Positions 57,826 to 64,000 of a stretch of 64,000 bases of DNA are shown here, piece after piece. The DNA comes from Veillonellaceae bacterium. GTDB lineage: Bacteria > Bacillota > Negativicutes > JAAYSF01. The notes beneath the pieces were generated by a model. The model saw nothing but the letters and a program-made list of their open reading frames with translations. It was not told where the DNA came from and ran no database searches. The DNA lies in contig JAAYSF010000073.1 in NCBI GenBank assembly GCA_012523975.1, positions 416 to 64,415 of the forward strand. Direction: 5' to 3'. The translations under genes were made by a program, and so were the position numbers. Positions within the stretch are counted from its first letter, which is position 1, and the number at the start of each line of letters is the position of its first letter.

Positions 57826-58902
57826 ATGGCTGAAGTTTCACTAAAAGGTGAACAAAGAGTGTTTATGACAGGCAATGAAGTTATTGCTTGGGCCGCAGTT
57901 GCTGCAAAAGTGGACATTATGTATGGTTACCCGATAACTCCACAGAATGAAATAATGCACTATTGGACACGGCTGGCGCCTAAGCACAATAAGAAGTTTC
58001 TCCAGACGGAGGACGAAATTTCTGCCGGATTTACTTCGCTGGGCGGCGTCTTGTCTGGGCGAAAAGCATTCACGGCAACTGCTGGACCAGGCAACGTATT
58101 AATGCAGGAATCTGCCGGCATGGCAGAAATGATGCGCTTGCCCATGGTCTATGTAATCCAGCAGCGTGGCGGTCCTTCGACGGCGACAGTTATTTATGCC
58201 CAGCAGGAAACAACGCTTACAACCTTTGGCGGTAATGGCGAAGGTCATCGGATTGTGTATTCAACGGCCGGGCATCAGGAATTGTTTGACTACACGATTA
58301 AAGCCTTTAATAGCGCTTGGACTTATCGGTTTCCGACGTTTATTCTAGGTGACGGCTATCAGGCCAAGATGCGGGAGCCGCTTACAATCTACGATCCCGA
58401 AGAACGCGGAATAACATTAGTTAAGCCTGAGCCTATTCTAGGCGACACCGAAAGACCGGACCGTCCATACAAACATTTGCGCAATACCTATAATACTGAA
58501 GATGAGCTTTACAATGTTGTAATGGCAAATCAACGCGATTGGGATGCAATGGCTGATAAGGTGGTTGAATGGGACGCTAAAGGCTGCGAAGATGCTGACA
58601 TTATTATTGTAACTCATGGCATAGTATCGCGCGCTGGCCTTGGAGCCTACAATCAGCTTAGAGCAGAGGGTAAGAAAGTCGGCTATTTCCGTCCGATTAC
58701 TGTGCGGCCCTTCCCAGGAAAACAACTGCAAGAGGCTATGAAAAATGCTAAAAAGCTCTTAATAGCAGAATCGGCTTATGGTCAGCTATTAAAGCTGGTA
58801 CAAACCCATACCTACGGAAGTACCATTGAAATAGCTACCCTGCTTAAACCCGGTGTCGGCATCACCAGCGAAGAAATTTACGAAGAGTGTAGTAAGCTTT
58901 AA
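57826..58902 (+). CDS. 2-oxoacid:ferredoxin oxidoreductase alpha subunit (PorA/KorA/VorA-like)
   Basis: POR N-terminal domain motifs. AGGAGG RBS 7 nt before the ATG at 57826. Confidence 0.8.
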   Translation: MAEVSLKGEQRVFMTGNEVIAWAAVAAKVDIMYGYPITPQNEIMHYWTRLAPKHNKKFLQTEDEISAGFTSLGGVLSGRKAFTATAGPGNVLMQESAGMAEMMRLPMVYVIQQRGGPSTATVIYAQQETTLTTFGGNGEGHRIVYSTAGHQELFDYTIKAFNSAWTYRFPTFILGDGYQAKMREPLTIYDPEERGITLVKPEPILGDTERPDRPYKHLRNTYNTEDELYNVVMANQRDWDAMADKVVEWDAKGCEDADIIIVTHGIVSRAGLGAYNQLRAEGKKVGYFRPITVRPFPGKQLQEAMKNAKKLLIAESAYGQLLKLVQTHTYGSTIEIATLLKPGVGITSEEIYEECSKL

Positions 58903-58922
58903 GAATAGGAAGGAGGACTACC

Positions 58923-59699
58923 ATGCAAGAACTCAAAGAACAGGGAACTCTTCAGCCGGCTATGCCCACATGCTGGAATGAAGAAACTAAGCCTCATAAA
59001 TTTTGTCCGGGCTGCGGACATGGGATTATTTTGAAGGCATTAGGCGAAGCTATTGATGAACTCGGAATTAAGGGAAAAATGGTTTATGGCTGTGATATTG
59101 GTTGTTCGTTATTAGCGTGGGATTTTTTTGCGATTGATACTGTGCAAACTCACCATGGTCGGACAACCCCGGTAATTACCGGTATGAAGCGTGCTAATCC
59201 CGATATTATCGGTGTTGCCTATATGGGAGACGGCGGCGGTTATGCAATTGGCTCGCAACACTTATTTAATGCAGCTGTTCGTAATGAGAAAATCACGATA
59301 ATTTTGTGCAATAACTGTAACTATGGAATGACAGGCGGACAGATGGCGCCTACAACGCTGCCGGGCATGAAAACAGAAACAAGCCCTTACGGCCGCGATA
59401 TCGAAGCAACCGGCGCTCCGACTAAAGGACCGGAAATGGTAGCGGCAGTAGCGCCTGAAGGAGCTTATGTGGCTCGTGGTACTATTGCTAATCCTCGTCA
59501 GATGAAAGGCTTTATTAAGAAGGCATTGGAAAATCAAATCGCTGGCCGCGGACTATCATTTGTTGAATGTTTATCAAGCTGTCCAACCAACTGGAGGACC
59601 AATGCCAAACAAACCTGGGAGTTTGTGGAGAAAGACATGACAGAGTATTTTAAGGTTGGCGAACTGCGTGTGCCGTCCGAGATGAAGGAGGGAAAATAA
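58923..59699 (+). CDS. 2-oxoacid:ferredoxin oxidoreductase beta subunit (TPP-binding)
   Basis: CPGCGHGI Fe-S/TPP motif and GDGG TPP-binding motif. Confidence 0.85.
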   Translation: MQELKEQGTLQPAMPTCWNEETKPHKFCPGCGHGIILKALGEAIDELGIKGKMVYGCDIGCSLLAWDFFAIDTVQTHHGRTTPVITGMKRANPDIIGVAYMGDGGGYAIGSQHLFNAAVRNEKITIILCNNCNYGMTGGQMAPTTLPGMKTETSPYGRDIEATGAPTKGPEMVAAVAPEGAYVARGTIANPRQMKGFIKKALENQIAGRGLSFVECLSSCPTNWRTNAKQTWEFVEKDMTEYFKVGELRVPSEMKEGK

Positions 59700-60415
59700 T
59701 GGCGAGGGTAACTAAAGTTGCTTTAGCGGGTGAAGGCGGACAAGGCGTACAGTCAATTGCCGAAATATTAGCTGAAGCTGCTAATGAAGAAGGGAAAAAT
59801 GCCCTATACATACCTAACTTTGGGGTGGAACAAAGGGGCGGTGTATCAATTGCTTATGTGCAAATAAGTGATGGTCATATCGGCGCACCAAAGTTTATTG
59901 AAGCCGACATTCTCATTCCGTTAAGTCCGCGGGCTGTTCATCGAACAACTGAACATGCCGGTAAAAACACCATCTACATTTATGATAATTCTCTGGTCGC
60001 TGAGGGTGAAGTCAATGACAACATTGTAGGCTTGCAATATTTTGACGTCACCCCGCCTTGCCCGACAGCAGACCAACCGAATAAAGATTTACCGCAGGAC
60101 ATGATTGCCGGCGAACCTAAAACTTGTTCATTCAGTCGCCCCGGTCCTGGTATTGATCCTAAAGATATCCCAGAAGTAAAAAAGGTTATTGCAATACCAG
60201 CCAATGATATTGCGAAAGATGAACTACATCCCCGCGTATTTAACATTATCATACTGGGCGCCGTAATCGCTGCTACCGAGGTACTGCCGTTGGATGCTAT
60301 CAAAAAAGCTCTCGAAGCTAAGCTCGGCCATAAGTTTGAAGCCAACCCCAAACTGCGCGATATGAATTATCAGGCACTTGAGCGCGGTTATAATCTAATT
60401 AAAGGCGCAATGTAG
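59699..60415 (+). CDS. 2-oxoacid:ferredoxin oxidoreductase gamma subunit (with about 50-aa insertion)
   Basis: LAGEGGQGVQSIAEIL gamma-subunit signature. 238 aa, longer than the typical about 180 aa. Confidence 0.8.
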   Translation: MARVTKVALAGEGGQGVQSIAEILAEAANEEGKNALYIPNFGVEQRGGVSIAYVQISDGHIGAPKFIEADILIPLSPRAVHRTTEHAGKNTIYIYDNSLVAEGEVNDNIVGLQYFDVTPPCPTADQPNKDLPQDMIAGEPKTCSFSRPGPGIDPKDIPEVKKVIAIPANDIAKDELHPRVFNIIILGAVIAATEVLPLDAIKKALEAKLGHKFEANPKLRDMNYQALERGYNLIKGAM

Positions 60416-60428
60416 AGGAGGGGAAAAC

Positions 60429-60680
60429 ATGGCAAAAGTAGATTGGGAATCATCGAAGCACGATAATGCTAAAGGGAACTGGGCGATTTTTCCGGGCTTA
60501 TGTAAGGGGTGTGGCTTGTGTATTGAAAAATGTCCGGTAAAATGTATCGCATGGTCGCCCGAAGATTTAGGAGTATACGGAACGCCGCGTGTTCAGGCTG
60601 ATATGGATAAATGCATTGTCTGTGGAATTTGCCAAATGGTATGCCCTGACTGTGCAATAAGGGTAGAAAAAAAGAAATAG
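60429..60680 (+). CDS. 2-oxoacid:ferredoxin oxidoreductase delta subunit (2x[4Fe-4S] ferredoxin)
   Basis: Two CxxCxxCxxxCP motifs (CKGCGLCIEKCP, CIVCGICQMVCP). Confidence 0.85.
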   Translation: MAKVDWESSKHDNAKGNWAIFPGLCKGCGLCIEKCPVKCIAWSPEDLGVYGTPRVQADMDKCIVCGICQMVCPDCAIRVEKKK

Positions 60681-60743
60681 GTAGACTTAATACCTTCAGA
60701 TGGTGTATTATAGAGTCAGACTTGTCTTGTAGGTGATAGCAAC

Positions 60744-61712
60744 GTGAATAAAAATACCATGTTCGAGATCATACAAAATGATCTGACTGTACTAGAAACT
60801 GAACTGATTTCTGTAATACACTCCCAGGAAGATTTAATAACCGATATTGGGGGGCACTTGGTTAAGGCTGGAGGTAAGCGCTTACGACCAGCCTTATATT
60901 TAGTGTGCGCGCGGAGCAGAGCCGCCGAACTAAAGGATATCCTGCCAATGGCTCTGGCAATCGAGATGATTCATATGGCTACCTTAGTTCATGATGATGT
61001 CATTGATGATGCCTCGACTCGTCGCGGCCGACCAACAGCTAATGCATGCTGGGGTAATTATCAGTCAGTATTGACCGGAGACTACCTGTTTGCCAAAGCA
61101 TTTTCGGTAGTGGCCGTGCATGTTGATAAAGCCATGCTAAAAGTCTTGACCGATGTCATGTGCTCAATGTGCGAAGGTGAAATAATTCAGGATAAAGATA
61201 CCTTTAACCCTGATCAGTCGGAAGAGCAATATTTGACTAGGATTGCCAAGAAAACAGCTGATTTTATAGCGGCCAGCTGTGAGTTGGGCGGTATGGCAGC
61301 CGGATTACCTGCCGATGATGTCGCGGCGTTGCGCAAGTACGGTTATTCAATTGGAATGGCATTTCAGATTACCGACGATATTCTTGACATAACGGCTTCG
61401 TCCGAGCAAATTGGAAAGCCGGCCGGTAATGATTTGCGCCAGGGCATAGTTACTCTGCCGGTGATTTACGCACTGAATAATAGTGAACGCCATAATGAGC
61501 TTCGTGAAATTGTCTCGAATCGTTCACTTACTGAAGAAGAGATTAAAAAGGGACTTAAGATAATTTATGAAACTTCGGCGGTTGAGTACTCATATCAGCA
61601 GGTAGCTAACTATCTAAATGCGGCCCGCAGCGTGCTGCCGCTCACACTCCCTTTAGAACTCAAAGAGTGTCTACTCGAAGTGGCCGACTTCGTTGGTCTT
61701 CGCAAGTATTAA
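60744..61712 (+). CDS. Trans-polyprenyl diphosphate synthase (heptaprenyl/octaprenyl diphosphate synthase-like)
   Basis: First DDxxD motif LVHDDVIDD and second motif ITDDILD. 322 aa. Confidence 0.85.
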   Translation: MNKNTMFEIIQNDLTVLETELISVIHSQEDLITDIGGHLVKAGGKRLRPALYLVCARSRAAELKDILPMALAIEMIHMATLVHDDVIDDASTRRGRPTANACWGNYQSVLTGDYLFAKAFSVVAVHVDKAMLKVLTDVMCSMCEGEIIQDKDTFNPDQSEEQYLTRIAKKTADFIAASCELGGMAAGLPADDVAALRKYGYSIGMAFQITDDILDITASSEQIGKPAGNDLRQGIVTLPVIYALNNSERHNELREIVSNRSLTEEEIKKGLKIIYETSAVEYSYQQVANYLNAARSVLPLTLPLELKECLLEVADFVGLRKY

Positions 61713-61726
61713 TCGATGTGCAATAG

Positions 61727-61759
61727 TAAAGGCTTACCTTAACGGGTAAGCCTTTTTGT
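61727..61759 (+). terminator. Intrinsic terminator (aaaggcttacc..gggtaagccttt + TTGTTTG)
   Basis: 11-bp stem followed by a T-rich tract. Confidence 0.6.
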
Positions 61760-62156
61760 TTGCAATTGGCCATAAGACCAAGTTACCATAATTTTGGATA
61801 CAATATAAAATTTACCATTATAACTAGAAAAAGGAGGATTTTATATATTAGATATCGAAAGTGATAATTTATAGCATAATTCGATTAATTCTATTCATTT
61901 AAACTGTTGAAAATTTTGCGAATAGTTCAACTTGACTGCTTTGTTTGTTTATTATGCAGATCGTTCATTCGATCTGCTAGTCTTAGCCGCAATTCAGGTA
62001 AAGGAGGTGAAACAGTGTCTAAAGCGGCTTCATTGAATTTTCTGGTGTGTAATTCCGGAAGGGATTGTAGACCAGGGAGGGAGATGATGCTCAATAACAT
62101 ACTGCTTTTTAGGATTCATAATCAAAGATTAAATAATATAAAAGGAAGTGTATGTT

Positions 62157-63788
62157 ATGCAGTGGACCCAGATCTATGATCCGATGGGTAATATTGTTTT
62201 ATCCGCAGTTGTAGCAGGTATTCCTTTGTACATTCTCTTGTATATGCTTGGTGTTATGAAAAAGCCTGGTCATTATGCTGCTGCGGCCGGAACACTGGCT
62301 GCCGCCCTTGTGGCAATTTTTGTTTGGGGAATGCCGGCAGGCTTAGCAATTAATTCAATTTTATGCGGTGCCGCATTCGGTCTTTTTCCAATAGTTTGGA
62401 TAGTTATTACCGCTATTTGGGTATACAACATGACGGTTGAGTCCGGCGAGTTTGAAATCATCAAGAACTCGTTAGCCTCCATTACAGAAGACCGTCGGCT
62501 GCAAGCTTTATTTGTAGCTTTTGCTTTTGGTTCATTCATTGAAGGTACTGCCGGTTTTGGTACTCCGGTAGCAATAACAGCAGCCATGCTGGTTGGTCTT
62601 GGTTTTAACCCGGTATACGCTGCTAGTATCTGCCTGATTGCCAATACAGCACCAGTTGCTTTCGGTGGCATTGGTATTCCAATCATCGTAGCAGCTCAAG
62701 TTTCGCAACTTGACATTATGCATATCAGCCAAATTGTTGGCCGTCAGTTACCGTTCTTGTCAATCATCGTCCCGTTGTGGGTTGCTGTTACCATGAGTGG
62801 TTGGAAACGCTCGATGGAAGTTCTGCCAGCGCTATTAGTCGCCGGTATTTGCTTTGCGGTTACCCAATTCTACACAGCTAACTATATCAGTCCGTACCTC
62901 CCGGACATCACATCAGCTATTGTTACCATCGTTGGTTTAGGTTTATTCCTCAAAGTTTGGAAACCGGCGACAATTTGGCGCTTTCCTGACGAAGTAAATA
63001 CCGGTAGCGGAAAAGAAGAACTCCGGTATTCACCTGGCGAAGTTATTCGCGCATGGATGCCCTACATCCTGCTCGCGATATTGGTATTCCTCTGGGGTTA
63101 TGGCCCAGTGAAAAGCGTGTTAGCAACAACAAATATCAACATTCCTTGGCCTGGTCTTCATAATGAGATTACCAAAGCTGCTCCGATAGTTGCTAAGAAT
63201 ACTCCTTACGGTGCTGTATATACCTTTGGTTGGCTCTCTGCAGGCGGCACAGCTATTCTGATCTCGGGTATCCTTTCCATCTTTGTTATCCCGAATTACG
63301 GTGCTAGCCGCGCTGCTTCTTGCTTCTTCAAGACCATTAGAATTCTTGTTTTCCCGATTATCACTATTGCTACGATTCTTGGTTTAGCATATCTGATGAA
63401 CTATTCAGGTATGAGCGCTACAATGGGTCTTGCCTTTACTAAGACAGGCGCTTTGTTCCCGTTCTTTGCTCCGATACTTGGCTGGCTCGGTGTATTTTTA
63501 ACTGGTTCTGATACATCGTCGAATGCCCTGTTCTCGTCCTTACAAAGAACTACTGCTGAACAAATCGGTGTTGATCCCCACCTGACTGTTGCAGCTAACT
63601 CTTCCGGCGGTGTCTGTGGTAAAATGATTTCGCCGCAAAGTATCTCGGTTGCAACTGCTGCTACAGGCTTAGTTGGTGAAGAGGGTACTATCTTCCGGTT
63701 TACCCTTAAGCATAGTATCGCGATGCTGGCACTTGTAGCTGCCATGACCTATCTGCAAGCCTATACATTGAGTTGGATGCTTCCATAA
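62157..63788 (+). CDS. lctP: L-lactate permease (LctP family) paralog 2
   Basis: Clear paralog of 56011-57639 (same motifs throughout). ATG at 62157, 10 nt after AAAGGAAG. The ORF-track start at 62148 is GTG. Confidence 0.85.
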   Translation: MQWTQIYDPMGNIVLSAVVAGIPLYILLYMLGVMKKPGHYAAAAGTLAAALVAIFVWGMPAGLAINSILCGAAFGLFPIVWIVITAIWVYNMTVESGEFEIIKNSLASITEDRRLQALFVAFAFGSFIEGTAGFGTPVAITAAMLVGLGFNPVYAASICLIANTAPVAFGGIGIPIIVAAQVSQLDIMHISQIVGRQLPFLSIIVPLWVAVTMSGWKRSMEVLPALLVAGICFAVTQFYTANYISPYLPDITSAIVTIVGLGLFLKVWKPATIWRFPDEVNTGSGKEELRYSPGEVIRAWMPYILLAILVFLWGYGPVKSVLATTNINIPWPGLHNEITKAAPIVAKNTPYGAVYTFGWLSAGGTAILISGILSIFVIPNYGASRAASCFFKTIRILVFPIITIATILGLAYLMNYSGMSATMGLAFTKTGALFPFFAPILGWLGVFLTGSDTSSNALFSSLQRTTAEQIGVDPHLTVAANSSGGVCGKMISPQSISVATAATGLVGEEGTIFRFTLKHSIAMLALVAAMTYLQAYTLSWMLP

Positions 63789-63810
63789 AAAGTTAATAAA
63801 TGGTCTTTTT

Positions 63811-63838
63811 GCAGCAGCTTCGGCTGCTGCTTTTTTTT
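63811..63838 (+). terminator. Intrinsic terminator (gcagcagc-ttcg-gctgctgc + T8)
   Basis: Perfect 8-bp GC stem followed by TTTTTTTT. Confidence 0.7.
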
Positions 63839-64000
63839 ATCCATAATTAAGGGAAAATTCCGAAAGATTAGCAATTGCGAGTGCCGTGGAGAATTCCCAA
63901 GGTACATGGATGTGCTATGTGGTGAGACGGCCATTATCAATAATTATAAAAAAATATCTAAAAATAGGGTTGAATATGAAGGAATTTCATATTATTTATA

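Noticed and set aside
62016-62180. GTG-initiated 54-codon ORF with strong RBS overlapping the lctP-2 start
   Set aside because: I did not list it as a CDS feature. It has no conservation evidence and is in frame with a longer ORF-track ORF that lacks an RBS. It is kept only as a possible leader peptide under the lctP finding.
1-64000. Searched for CRISPR arrays, IS/transposase genes, integrases, phage structural genes and toxin-antitoxin pairs
   Set aside because: I found no regularly spaced direct repeats with spacers, no transposase/integrase-like ORFs, and no terminal inverted repeats flanking any segment. The only repeats are the duplicated tRNA-Leu, short terminator hairpins and the 10/12-nt tandem repeats reported above.

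Overview
This 64-kb window looks like chromosomal DNA from a moderately AT-rich, spore-forming anaerobic Firmicute (Clostridia/Negativicutes-like). The evidence is the tig-clpP-clpX-lonB-lonA-engB synteny, a bpsA/bpsB-like pair, rubrerythrin, CooT/LarA, and AhbA/B-like genes. Almost everything is encoded on the + strand. The most interesting candidate is a two-gene minus-strand cassette at 41977-43610: a radical-SAM/SPASM enzyme with a PqqD-like N-terminal domain, translationally coupled to a 130-aa peptide with about 21 cysteines in (C-x-P-x)n repeats. It looks like an uncharacterised RiPP-like or Cys-ladder peptide system.

Main contents, in order:
- 941-3389: rubrerythrin, a GNAT acetyltransferase and a thioesterase.
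- 3437-4243: murI.
- 4875-10375: a tight five-gene operon of unknown function (CofE-like, 2-hydroxyacyl-CoA dehydratase D-component-like, BcrAD/HgdC-type activase, hydantoinase-A-like, HDAC-like with a zinc-ribbon tail).
- 10405-12745: rph, rdgB, a metallophosphoesterase and an RDD protein.
- 12915-28200: a complete methylaspartate-pathway glutamate fermentation locus (GntR regulator, glmS-glmL-glmE, mal, a P-loop unknown, citramalate-lyase citDEF plus citC, two-subunit class-I mesaconase/fumarase), followed by sdhCAB/frdCAB.
- 28387-28633: tRNA-Pro, tRNA-Gly and tRNA-Arg; ndk and a small zinc-ribbon gene follow on the minus strand, then an AT-rich stretch of small ORFs.
- 30895-32959: a CooT-like Ni-binding gene beside a LarA-family homolog.
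- 33118-34416: polysaccharide deacetylase.
- 34522-35381: tRNA-Arg, His, Gln, Lys, Leu, plus a second Leu copy with a 1-nt deletion.
- 37299-38854: type III PKS with an ICMT-family methyltransferase (bpsA/bpsB-like).
- 39099-40760 (minus): ilvD.
- 41004-41855: YitT-family membrane protein.
- 44055-54599: tig-clpP-clpX-lonB-[DUF378 / FtsH-like / membrane protein inserted]-lonA-engB.
- 54688-55647: two Lrp/AsnC-like proteins (AhbA/B-like).
- 56011-63788: two L-lactate permease paralogs flanking a four-subunit 2-oxoacid:ferredoxin oxidoreductase and a polyprenyl synthase.

No CRISPR, IS element or phage genes were seen. Coordinates of start codons are best estimates from RBS spacing.
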